A stretch of 64,000 nt of DNA from Ignavibacterium sp. (GTDB taxonomy: Bacteria; Bacteroidota; Ignavibacteria; UBA10030): positions 3,333 to 67,332 of the forward strand of contig JABRVW010000100.1 in the NCBI GenBank assembly GCA_039961715.1, read 5' to 3'. A program made the translations under genes and the position numbers. Each line of letters starts with the position of its first letter. Position 1 is the first letter of the stretch. The notes below the pieces were generated by a model. The model was not told where the DNA came from, made no database searches, and was given only the letters and a program-made list of their open reading frames with translations. This document shows, one piece after another, positions 27,831-36,866 of this stretch.

Positions 27831-28363
27831 TGCGCCTTCGTTTCTCCCGACACCTTGAAGATCCTGTAGTTCCTCAGATTCTCCTCAGCTTCAAACCCTG
27901 TACCCTGAATCCTCTCCGCAGGAGATGCGATCGCCACGAAATCCGGAGTGTGGATGAGTTGCTTCCGGTTATCCCAGAACAGGCGCTCTGTCCGCAAAAC
28001 CGTACTATCCGTCCTCGACACCACCACGACTTCCCCCCATGCTTCAAGATCGTTCGTGAGGTCATCCACCTTTGCCTGCCGGGAGGTAAGCACCGACGTG
28101 GCCTGTCCCTCATCGTCAAAGAAATCCACAACGACCCCTTCGCTCAGGAGAGTCTGCCGGGGTTCCTCATACACGCGAATGTAACCGGCAGTGATAATTG
28201 CTTTCGTCACGCCGGAATCGGAAAGCGTGACCGTGCTGTTCCAACTTTCCTGCAGCGGCAGGGAACCCAGGTCAATGCCCGGCAACACGGTTGGCCTGAT
28301 CTTCTCCTCGCATCCCAAAGCACACAGGACCATGATGAAGAAACCCGCCTGCCTCACCGTCAC
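27827..28363 (-). CDS. LptC-like lipoprotein/anchor
   Basis: Size, N-terminal anchor (VLCALGC) and position immediately upstream of the LptA-like gene. ATGA-type overlaps on both sides. Confidence 0.55.
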   Translation of the reverse strand: MTVRQAGFFIMVLCALGCEEKIRPTVLPGIDLGSLPLQESWNSTVTLSDSGVTKAIITAGYIRVYEEPRQTLLSEGVVVDFFDDEGQATSVLTSRQAKVDDLTNDLEAWGEVVVVSRTDSTVLRTERLFWDNRKQLIHTPDFVAIASPAERIQGTGFEAEENLRNYRIFKVSGETKAQ

Positions 28364-29340
28364 GCCGAGCCTCCGTTGCGCAAACCGGCTTTCACGAGGT
28401 CGTGAAGGTGCACCATTCCCACAGGCTTGTGGTCATCGTCCACAACGATGAGCTGGGTGATGCTGAACCGTTCCATCTCCTCCAGGGCCACGACGGCAAG
28501 AATGCCCCGCCGGATGGTCTTGGGGTTACGCGTCATGACTTCCGAGGCACGCACGTCCGTGACGTTGGTCATGCGCGCAAGCAATCTTCGCAAGTCGCCG
28601 TCCGTAATAATCCCCGTCAACTTCCCCTTCTCGTCCACCACACAGGTCGCCCCCAGCCGTCCCGAGGTCATGACATAGATCGCTTCCGAGAGTGTCGCCT
28701 CCTCCTTCACGACAGGAATGTCCTTGTCCGCCACCATCATCTCCTCGATCTTCAACAGAAGCTGCTTGCCGAGACTTCCTCCGGGATGGAACATCGCAAA
28801 ATCTTCCTTCGTGAAATTGCGGCGTTCGAGCAACGCGACTGCCAACGCGTCTCCCATGGCCAGCGTGGCCGTCGTGGAAGCTGTGGGCGCAAGGTCGTGC
28901 GGACACGCCTCCTCCGTGACGCTGATATCAAGAACAATATCGCTTTCCCTGGCCAGGGGCGAGGCCAGGGTACCCACCATGGCAATGATTTTCACGCCGA
29001 GACGCCGGAGGAGAGGCATGATGTCGCGGATTTCTTCCGTATCCCCACTCTTCGAAATGCAAATCACCACGTCATCCTTCCGAACCATCCCCAGGTCTCC
29101 ATGGACCGCGTCTGATGGATGGAGGAAGATCGCGGAAGTCCCGGTGGAATTCATCGTCGCCACGATCTTTCGGGCCACAAGCCCCGATTTGCCCATGCCC
29201 GTAATGATGACGCGGCCTGTGCAATTCAGGAGAAGATCCACGGCTTTGGTGAAATTTTCGTTGATCTTTCCCTCGAGCGCGGCAAGCGCGGCTGCCTCGA
29301 TCCTGATGACTTCCCTCCCTTTTTCAATCGTCGGGTTCAT
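28360..29340 (-). CDS. kdsD: arabinose-5-phosphate isomerase (KdsD/KpsF; SIS + tandem CBS)
   Basis: SIS motif GRVIITGMGKSG and two C-terminal CBS domains. Confidence 0.9.
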   Translation of the reverse strand: MNPTIEKGREVIRIEAAALAALEGKINENFTKAVDLLLNCTGRVIITGMGKSGLVARKIVATMNSTGTSAIFLHPSDAVHGDLGMVRKDDVVICISKSGDTEEIRDIMPLLRRLGVKIIAMVGTLASPLARESDIVLDISVTEEACPHDLAPTASTTATLAMGDALAVALLERRNFTKEDFAMFHPGGSLGKQLLLKIEEMMVADKDIPVVKEEATLSEAIYVMTSGRLGATCVVDEKGKLTGIITDGDLRRLLARMTNVTDVRASEVMTRNPKTIRRGILAVVALEEMERFSITQLIVVDDDHKPVGMVHLHDLVKAGLRNGGSA

Positions 29341-30122
29341 GCATGATTCCTTTTGGAGAATCGTTGGCGGACCAGAGCAACCAGCCGGGCCACCAACGAC
29401 GGCCGGACGGATTCCGGAACGACAATGTTGTCTTCCATGGAAACCTTGGTCCTGATCATGTTATAGGTTCTGAACGCTTCGATGAGCTCACGATCCTCAA
29501 ACCCTGGCAAACCGGCAAAGAACTTCCGGGGATCCAGCGCAATCTCCGGATCGCGGACTTTCTTGTGCAACATGAGCTCGTTGTAGAAATTCGTGATGGG
29601 CACCGGGATGTTCATGCCCGTCAAACTGTCATGGATCCACAACCGCTCATCATCCCTGCAGACGGCCAGCGTGAGTGAACGGCCACCGCTGGTGCGCATG
29701 GACACCTCCCGGCAAGGCCTGCTGCACTTCGGGCACGGCAGGCCTGGCTGCCAGGCGGATAACGTCCATCGTCGACGTTCGTGAAATCCCGAATCCAGCT
29801 CCCCGGCGCCAAGCTTCGTGATCTCGAACTCGATCTGTCTGCCCATCGGCTCCCGGACGCTGACTGCGATCTCTCCCCTGTCTGTTTCCACTGCCCCATA
29901 GGCAAGAACCTGCGGCAAAGGGGATTCCAGGTCGACTCTTTCATCGATGGGTGATACAATGTAATTGCCTGCACCCCGTCGTCCCCGGGATGTGACCTTC
30001 CATTGTCGCACATGGCGGCGTATTTCGTTGTACCCGGGCCGGTCCTCCGGCAGCACCCAGAACAGCAATTCGCTTTCCAGTTGCGTCAAATCCCGCGGGA
30101 AACGCTCGTCCTCTTCGTTCAT
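29337..30122 (-). CDS. hypothetical cytoplasmic protein (261 aa) inside the Kdo/Lpt operon
   Basis: The ORF has ATGA overlaps with kdsC upstream and kdsD downstream. It has no TM segment, one CPKC motif, and no family I recognise. Confidence 0.55.
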   Translation of the reverse strand: MNEEDERFPRDLTQLESELLFWVLPEDRPGYNEIRRHVRQWKVTSRGRRGAGNYIVSPIDERVDLESPLPQVLAYGAVETDRGEIAVSVREPMGRQIEFEITKLGAGELDSGFHERRRWTLSAWQPGLPCPKCSRPCREVSMRTSGGRSLTLAVCRDDERLWIHDSLTGMNIPVPITNFYNELMLHKKVRDPEIALDPRKFFAGLPGFEDRELIEAFRTYNMIRTKVSMEDNIVVPESVRPSLVARLVALVRQRFSKRNHA

Positions 30123-30619
30123 CTCCGTGCCTTCAAAATCAAATCGACTACTTCACGCACCGCTCCCTCTCCACCTTTTTGCTTGCACACGTAATGTACC
30201 TCGCCGCGAACCACCTTTGCTGCGTCTGCGGGCACCGCCGAAAACCCGACTTGCCGAAGCACCTGAAGGTCCGGCTCATCATCCCCCACGTACGCAATTT
30301 GCCTGTCGGTTAGCCCGAGCCGAGTTTTGATTGCGGCGTAAGCCTGTGCCTTGTCTTCCACGTTCTGGTAAACCTCCGAGATCCCCAGCTCCTTTGCCCG
30401 TCGCTCAACGAGCCGTGAATACCTGCCGGTGAGCAATGCCACGGCAACACCGGCCTTCTGAAGCTTCACGAGTCCGTACCCATCCTGCGTGTGGAACCGC
30501 TTCATTTCCTCACCGGATTCGGTGTAATAAATCCCGCCATCCGTAAGCACGCCATCAACATCCAGCAACAAGAGCGTGATCGGCTTCAGGCGGGCCGTAT
30601 GGGCAGGAGTGCGGGGCAT
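30119..30619 (-). CDS. kdsC: Kdo-8-phosphate phosphatase (HAD family)
   Basis: LLLLDVDGVLTDG and GDD..D HAD motifs. The start is taken at MPRTPAH (30619). The ORF-track extension to 30703 would overlap kdsA. Confidence 0.85.
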   Translation of the reverse strand: MPRTPAHTARLKPITLLLLDVDGVLTDGGIYYTESGEEMKRFHTQDGYGLVKLQKAGVAVALLTGRYSRLVERRAKELGISEVYQNVEDKAQAYAAIKTRLGLTDRQIAYVGDDEPDLQVLRQVGFSAVPADAAKVVRGEVHYVCKQKGGEGAVREVVDLILKARR

Positions 30620-30671
30620 CGAGAATGAAAATGGGGACGGAATGGAAGAATGGGAGCCAACGCGCGTCCGT

Positions 30672-31535
30672 TCACAACGACCGTAATGCAGCGTCGAGCG
30701 CACAGACCTGTTTCAAAAGCGAATCCAGATCCTTCAGCGGCAATTGGCTCGATCCGTCGCTCAGGGCCTTTGCAGGCTCCGGATGAGTTTCCACAAACAA
30801 CGCATCACAGCCTGCCGCAACGCCGGCCCTCGCAAGAGGGGCAATGAACTCCGGTTGTCCGCCGCTCGCGGCCTGGTCTGCCCCGGGCAATTGCACTGAA
30901 TGGGTGACATCCAGGACTACCGGAAATCCGGTTTTCCGCATGATCGCGAGCGAACGCATGTCCACGACGAGGTTGTTGTATCCGAACGTGGTACCGCGTT
31001 CAGTCAGAAGAATCTTCCTGTTGCCAGTGGCGGTGACTTTCTCCGCCGCATGTTTCATGTCGCCCGGCGCGAGAAACTGGCCCTTCTTGATATTGACGGC
31101 CTTCCCGGTTTCACCCGCCGCGGCCAGGAGCTCGGTCTGCCGGCATAGAAATGCCGGAATTTGCAATACATCAACCACACGAGCGGCAAGGGAAGCCTCC
31201 TGAGGCAGGTGAATATCCGTCAAGACCGGCATTCCGAATTCCTTCCTGACGTCGGCGAGAACTCCCAGCGCCTCGTCCATGCCGATCCCCGTGAACGATG
31301 ATGAACTTGTACGATTTGCTTTCTTGTACGATGCTTTGAAGATCACGGGGAGTGACCGGGCCTCGGCCGACTTCCGAACCGCCTCGGCCGTGAAAAACAC
31401 CATGTCACGGCTCTCCACAACACATGGCCCGGCTATCAGCACCAGCGGGGCGCCGTCACCCACCGTAATATGTTCAATCCTTACGCTCACGGGCAAAAAG
31501 CATTCTAACATAGCAAAAAATCGGGCCACAATCAA
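30672..31535 (-). CDS. kdsA: 3-deoxy-8-phosphooctulonate (Kdo8P) synthase
   Basis: AGPCV.ES, KASYKKANRTS, DVTHS.Q.PG motifs. The start may be internal (e.g. 31511). Confidence 0.9.
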   Translation of the reverse strand: MIVARFFAMLECFLPVSVRIEHITVGDGAPLVLIAGPCVVESRDMVFFTAEAVRKSAEARSLPVIFKASYKKANRTSSSSFTGIGMDEALGVLADVRKEFGMPVLTDIHLPQEASLAARVVDVLQIPAFLCRQTELLAAAGETGKAVNIKKGQFLAPGDMKHAAEKVTATGNRKILLTERGTTFGYNNLVVDMRSLAIMRKTGFPVVLDVTHSVQLPGADQAASGGQPEFIAPLARAGVAAGCDALFVETHPEPAKALSDGSSQLPLKDLDSLLKQVCALDAALRSL

Positions 31536-31584
31536 AGAACCGCCCTTTACTGGCTGGCATTAATTCCCTATTTTCACACAGTTC

Positions 31585-32466
31585 ATGAAAACAAGGGCGT
31601 ACGGAAAGATCAACCTCGGACTCCGCGTTCTCCGGAAGCGATCCGACGGCTATCATGACATTGAAACGGTGTTTCATCAGGTCGACATTGCCGACGAGCT
31701 GACGTTCCGCCTCCATGAACGCGATGTGATCTTCTCTACGACACACCCCGATCTCGCGAACGACAGAACAAACCTCTGCCTTCGGGCTGCACGCCTCCTG
31801 CGCGACCTCACCGGCATTCAGGATGGCGTTGAGATCACGCTGGCGAAGAACATCCCGCTGGGAGCAGGGCTGGGCGGCGGCAGCGCGGATGCCGCTGTAA
31901 CCTTGAAAAGTCTTCGTGCCCTGTGGAACCTTGACATCAGTGATGCCGAACTGCACACTCTTGCAGTCTCGCTGGGTTCCGATGTGCCCTTCTTTCTTGA
32001 CGGAGGAAGCGCCTACGCGACTTCGCGGGGGGAGCAACTCGAACCGCTGCGTCTTGGCCTTCCTTACTGGATCATCGTGGTCACGCCCCCCATCCACGTG
32101 TCCACGGCCACGGCATACAAGAATCTCCGAAGGACCGCAGAACAGGCGTCCCCCGCCGATTTCAAATCGGTCCTCATGAAACACCTCCACGAACCGGAAC
32201 TCCTTGCCGCAAGGCTCGTCAATGACTTTGAACCCGTGGTGTTCGAGCTTCACCCGGAGATCCGCGATCTCAAGGAGACAATGCTCCGTCTCGGGGCTGA
32301 GGCGGCACTTCTGACCGGAAGCGGATCCTCCGTTTTTGCGCTGACGAAGTCCGAAACCACCGCTCACACGCTCATGAAGGAGCTTGAATCCTTGGGGCGC
32401 GTCTTTGTCACAAAACCCTTCTTTTCACCCACGAATCAGTCATCACCGCCACCTTCCGAGGCATGA
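31585..32466 (+). CDS. ispE: 4-diphosphocytidyl-2-C-methyl-D-erythritol kinase
   Basis: AYGKINLGL.V..KR.DGYH and the GHMP-kinase motif IP.GAGLGGGSADAA. Confidence 0.9.
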   Translation: MKTRAYGKINLGLRVLRKRSDGYHDIETVFHQVDIADELTFRLHERDVIFSTTHPDLANDRTNLCLRAARLLRDLTGIQDGVEITLAKNIPLGAGLGGGSADAAVTLKSLRALWNLDISDAELHTLAVSLGSDVPFFLDGGSAYATSRGEQLEPLRLGLPYWIIVVTPPIHVSTATAYKNLRRTAEQASPADFKSVLMKHLHEPELLAARLVNDFEPVVFELHPEIRDLKETMLRLGAEAALLTGSGSSVFALTKSETTAHTLMKELESLGRVFVTKPFFSPTNQSSPPPSEA

Positions 32467-34430
32467 CCTCCTTCTTCAACTCGTCAGGACCCCGCCGCGC
32501 CCTCCTCCTGATCTCCCTTCTTGCCGGCTTGCATGTGGCAAGAGGGTACGCTCAGGGCGAATCGGCCGTGGACACGACCAGTGTGGCAACCGACACGCTG
32601 AAGAGTCCGCTGATCCCGACCCTCGGCGCCCTCGGCCCCCATGCCGACACGGCCGGGTTCGATTACCGGACCTTTGTCTGGTCGGATGTTCGGTCGCTCG
32701 GCGGTGCCTTCAAATACCGGCCCGGCGTCTTTCTCAGGGATTTCGGGGGACCGGGGTACGCTGAACAGATTACGATTGACGGAGTGGATGGCAGAGGCCT
32801 CGCGTTCATGCTGAACGGACGGCCCATCGGAAACCCGGTGACGGGCGCGGTCAATCCGTATGAAATCCCGATTGAAGCAGTCGATCACCTCGACGTTCGC
32901 AGGTTTGCCTCATTCTCCGCCTCGACGGGCGGCACGTCCGGATTGATCAATATCCGAACCCGCCAATTCAGCACAAACCGGCCGATAACGAAGATCCGCT
33001 TCATTCAGGGTCCCTACGAACACCTTCTCACAGACGCCTTCTACACTCAGAACGTTTTTCGCGATTTCAATGTGCAGTTTGGCGTCCAGCGGCAAGCGCG
33101 GGATGACCGGTTTGTGAACAGTGCGTACGACTCCTGGATCATTCGCTCGGCGATACGGTACAACGTGTCAGGGCGATTGAACATCAGTCTTTCGGATTTG
33201 TACCGCAGATGGACCGTCGGCATGAACAATGGCATCGATGTTGACAGTACCCGCGCACGCGGACTCAATCCCTTCAGCGACGCAGAAGCGATCGTGCTCT
33301 CTGCCAGCGCATCCGAGCGGCGAACGCAACGCGACGTGACCCTTTCGGCCGTCGCCTTGCTCCTGCCTGACACGACCATTTCGACACAAGTGCATGGGTA
33401 CTTCACCACGGCGGAGCGGGAGTACACAGACCCCGCGGGGCTCGCTTCTTCAACGTTCGACCGGTATGCCTACGAGATTCAGGGCCTCATTCTCCATCAG
33501 ACTATCGAAGCAGGACAATTGAGCGGATTTGCCGGAGTCCACATTGAGCACAGGATCGCCGGGCTTGGACCTGCGGGTGTGCACACGAACACGATGAGCG
33601 CGTGGTACGCGGATGTCACCTACGAGGTTGCCGGGTTCCTCCGTCCGGGCGCCGCCGTACGCGGCGAGCGGAATGATGCATCGACGCATTTGTCCTGGGG
33701 GGTCAGAACAAGCCTGGTCGCAACACCGGGACTTGTCTTGAGCGCGGAGTATTCGCGGATCGGCCGGCATCCGACACTCCAGGAGCGGAACTGGAACCTC
33801 TACAGGTTCCATGGCCCGCCCAACTTGCTCGAACAGCACGAACGAATCTCGCTCTCCCTCGAGCTTCAAGGGGGACCAGCACATCTTGAGGTGGCCGCTT
33901 CGGAGAGACGCACAGAGAATGCTCTGATTTTCAGGACCTTGTCACCGACCGCGCAGGTTCCACCCGTCGTTCTCGACGTCCTTCCGGATGTTCACACCCG
34001 CCAAATCCGGGGCAACCTCAACATTCTCCTTTGGCGCTTCGAGCTCAAAGGCGGTCTGACATGGACCGAAATGACCGGTGGCGGGGGCGGGATTTCCCTT
34101 CACCCGAAGTTTGTTTTGACGGGTGAAATCGCCTATCGTGATACGCTGTTCGACGGAGCCTTGGACGCGCGCTTCGGGCTTCAATCCCGCTTCGCTTCGC
34201 GCCACACCGGCGTTCGCTATTTTCCCTCCCACGACCTCTACGCTGAGAATTCCGGCAGATTGCTGAGAACGTTTTCCACACTCGACCTTTTCGGCGTCTT
34301 CCGCATCGGCGATGCGTTTGTCACCCTGGCATGGGAGAATCCCCTGGACCGGGAGTACATGACCGTTTATCCCTACCCCGCCATGGGGAGGAATATCAGG
34401 ATCGGAGTGAACTGGATTTTTCTGGACTAA
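32463..34430 (+). CDS. TonB-dependent-receptor-like outer membrane beta-barrel protein
   Basis: Signal peptide, a plug-like region (ITIDGVDGRG...NGRPIGN...EIPIEAVDHLDV...GLINIRT), and a long beta-strand-rich remainder. ATGA overlap with ispE. Confidence 0.55.
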   Translation: MTSFFNSSGPRRALLLISLLAGLHVARGYAQGESAVDTTSVATDTLKSPLIPTLGALGPHADTAGFDYRTFVWSDVRSLGGAFKYRPGVFLRDFGGPGYAEQITIDGVDGRGLAFMLNGRPIGNPVTGAVNPYEIPIEAVDHLDVRRFASFSASTGGTSGLINIRTRQFSTNRPITKIRFIQGPYEHLLTDAFYTQNVFRDFNVQFGVQRQARDDRFVNSAYDSWIIRSAIRYNVSGRLNISLSDLYRRWTVGMNNGIDVDSTRARGLNPFSDAEAIVLSASASERRTQRDVTLSAVALLLPDTTISTQVHGYFTTAEREYTDPAGLASSTFDRYAYEIQGLILHQTIEAGQLSGFAGVHIEHRIAGLGPAGVHTNTMSAWYADVTYEVAGFLRPGAAVRGERNDASTHLSWGVRTSLVATPGLVLSAEYSRIGRHPTLQERNWNLYRFHGPPNLLEQHERISLSLELQGGPAHLEVAASERRTENALIFRTLSPTAQVPPVVLDVLPDVHTRQIRGNLNILLWRFELKGGLTWTEMTGGGGGISLHPKFVLTGEIAYRDTLFDGALDARFGLQSRFASRHTGVRYFPSHDLYAENSGRLLRTFSTLDLFGVFRIGDAFVTLAWENPLDREYMTVYPYPAMGRNIRIGVNWIFLD

Positions 34431-34435
34431 TCGCC

Positions 34436-34957
34436 ATGACCGTGACGATTTTTGGCAGTGGCCGCTGTTTGCCGTCATCGGAGGAATACAAGAAGGCGTA
34501 TGAGCTGGGGGCGTTGCTCGCCGGGGAAGGCCATGTTGTCTGCAATGGAGGGTACAGCGGCACCATGGAGGCAAGCGCCCGCGGGGCAAGGGAAAACAGC
34601 GGATCGACCATCGGCGTCACCGTTGAAACCTTTGGACAGACGGCAAACCAATGGATCCAGCGGGAGGTCAGGGCGAGGAATCTTCCGGAACGTCTCTTGA
34701 AGCTCATCGAACTCGGTGACGCTTACGTTGTTCTGCGGGGAGGGACGGGAACACTGTTGGAACTTTCCGCAGTGTGGGAATTCATGAACAAGGGGCAGAT
34801 GCCGCCGAAACCGTTCATCCTCGCCGATTTTTGGCAGCCCGTTGTGAGCCTCGTTGAGGCCGAGTTGAAATCCGAGGGTGTTCCAGGAAGGGCACTACTT
34901 ACCGTGGCGACCACGCCGGCGGAATGCGTGAAAGCCCTTCATCGCTCACGGCGCTGA
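34436..34957 (+). CDS. LOG-family / TIGR00725-type Rossmann protein
   Basis: VCNGGYSGTMEA and LRGGTGTLLEL (PGGxGTxxE-like) motifs. The start is at 34436, after the upstream stop. Confidence 0.7.
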   Translation: MTVTIFGSGRCLPSSEEYKKAYELGALLAGEGHVVCNGGYSGTMEASARGARENSGSTIGVTVETFGQTANQWIQREVRARNLPERLLKLIELGDAYVVLRGGTGTLLELSAVWEFMNKGQMPPKPFILADFWQPVVSLVEAELKSEGVPGRALLTVATTPAECVKALHRSRR

Positions 34958-36070
34958 GTGTTTTGCCTTTCTGCGCGCAATCTGATCCTCCAGGAGCTTC
35001 ATCATCTCATCAGCCGAATTGTCCCAGTTGAACTGACGGGCCCATTCGAGTGCGGCGGCGGACAGCCTGACCCGAAGCGCGCGGTCACGAAGGAGCAAGA
35101 GCATTTTTGCGGCGAGCTGTTCGATGTTGCCGTATTCGTATAAGAGGCCTGTTTGCCCATCCAGCACCGAATCCCGCAACCCCGGAACATCGCTGGCAAT
35201 GACCGGCACTCCGCAGGCATTGGCTTCGATGACCGTCAGCCCCCATCCTTCCTTGGCAGAGGGGTTCACAACGAAGTTCATGGTTCTCAGGAGACCCACC
35301 TTTTCCTCAAGCGGGACGAATCCGCGAAACTCGACTTTCCCTTCAATGTGAAGCTCACGCGTCACGCGCTCGAGCGTCCTTCGCGCATCTCCTTCCCCTA
35401 CAATGATCAGGCGCGCGTCCTTTGCATCCCTTGCCACGATCGCAAACGCCTGGAGAAGGTCTTCGATGCTCTTGTACATCTTGAGCCGTCCCAGGTATCC
35501 AATCACATGGCTCTCCGCTTCCTGCCGGCCGGGGGTGTAAGTGCCGTGATCAACGCTGTTGGGAACGAGGAAGATATTGCCCGGACGGAAGCCGGCGGCA
35601 AGCAGTTCCTGCCTTGTGCTCTCTGAGACCACGGCCATCGGCGTGTTTCGGTACACTCTCCTGGCCAGCCATTCGGATCCAAGGACGTACAGCGCGCCGG
35701 GCACATGCGTCTCCGCAAAGATGCTCTTTCCGAAAAAATGATGGAGAATGCCGACAAGTGGCTCCCGGACATAGAGGGGGGTGAAAAAAGGGATTTTGTT
35801 CACGTCATCGACGACGATGTCGAATTTCCCGCGAAAATCCCGAACATACCGCGGATACACCCGGTAATTGAAGAGATTCCGCCCGCCCTCCCGTACAATG
35901 CGGATCCCGTCAATCGTTTCCTCCCCAGCGCTCCCTTTGTAGCGGGAGCAGAAGAGGGTCACAGAATGTCCATGAGCCGCGATCCGGCGGAAGATCTCGT
36001 GCAAGTGAACCTCAGCCCCCCCGCCCAACGGGTTGGTGACGTCCTGCCAGTTCAACAGAAGAATGTTCAT
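34946..36070 (-). CDS. glycosyltransferase, GT-B fold (GT4-like)
   Basis: N-terminal GGAEVH and the C-terminal E-x7-E region (PSAKEGWGLTVIEANACGVPVIASD). Confidence 0.85.
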   Translation of the reverse strand: MNILLLNWQDVTNPLGGGAEVHLHEIFRRIAAHGHSVTLFCSRYKGSAGEETIDGIRIVREGGRNLFNYRVYPRYVRDFRGKFDIVVDDVNKIPFFTPLYVREPLVGILHHFFGKSIFAETHVPGALYVLGSEWLARRVYRNTPMAVVSESTRQELLAAGFRPGNIFLVPNSVDHGTYTPGRQEAESHVIGYLGRLKMYKSIEDLLQAFAIVARDAKDARLIIVGEGDARRTLERVTRELHIEGKVEFRGFVPLEEKVGLLRTMNFVVNPSAKEGWGLTVIEANACGVPVIASDVPGLRDSVLDGQTGLLYEYGNIEQLAAKMLLLLRDRALRVRLSAAALEWARQFNWDNSADEMMKLLEDQIARRKAKHSAP

Positions 36071-36074
36071 GCCG

Positions 36075-36866
36075 TCATTTCTTCGCTATGACCCCGATGG
36101 AGATGCCGGTGTAGAGCGGCAGGCGGGTTTCAAGCAGCCTCGAGCGAATCCTCGCGCGCATGCGTGTCAGACCCGATATGAACCTTGGATGCAAAGGCAA
36201 TCTGATCCCTGCCTTCTTGCCGATTTCCCTGACCACGCGGTAGAAGAAGCTCGGATACATCCATTCGCCGTACGATGAAACCGGCGTCAACCCCAGCGAG
36301 GTCAGGTCATCCTGAAGTTCGCGCAGGGAGAATGATCGTTCCCAGCCTGCAAACCACTTGTCGGCGGCGATCAGAATATGCTTTGCCACGGTATAGAGGT
36401 GATATCGTTGAGGAACATCCACCAAGAGCAGGCCTCCTTTTCTGAGAACCCTGATGTTCTCTTTCAGGAGGAGCTCCGCAAAGGGTTTTCGAAAATGCTC
36501 AAGCAGCCCCTGGTGGAAGACGATGTCGAAGGTTCCGTCGCGAAAGGGAAGGTGGAAAGCGTCTCCGCCAATTACCTTGGTAGGGAGGGAACGTAACTCG
36601 GCAAGGCGTTTGAGAATCTGGAGGGAGTTGTCCGAATAGTCGAGCTGGTATACATCGGCCCCTGCCTCGGCGAGCGGAAAGCTATCGCGGCCTGTTCCAG
36701 CGCCGATTTCCAGCACGCGAGCCCTCTCGAGGCGCGTCACCCCCTTCAGGCTTCGCAGGATGCGGTCGGCATTCGAATACACCTCCGCCACCTCCTGCTT
36801 GTCTTCCCAAAAACTCTCCCAATCGGAGCGGCTGGATTCCTTGTCCGGCGGAGCCATGGGCGTCAC
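36075..36866 (-). CDS. class I SAM-dependent methyltransferase
   Basis: Motif I VLEIGAGTGRD and an acidic loop YQLDYS. Confidence 0.75.
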   Translation of the reverse strand: MTPMAPPDKESSRSDWESFWEDKQEVAEVYSNADRILRSLKGVTRLERARVLEIGAGTGRDSFPLAEAGADVYQLDYSDNSLQILKRLAELRSLPTKVIGGDAFHLPFRDGTFDIVFHQGLLEHFRKPFAELLLKENIRVLRKGGLLLVDVPQRYHLYTVAKHILIAADKWFAGWERSFSLRELQDDLTSLGLTPVSSYGEWMYPSFFYRVVREIGKKAGIRLPLHPRFISGLTRMRARIRSRLLETRLPLYTGISIGVIAKK

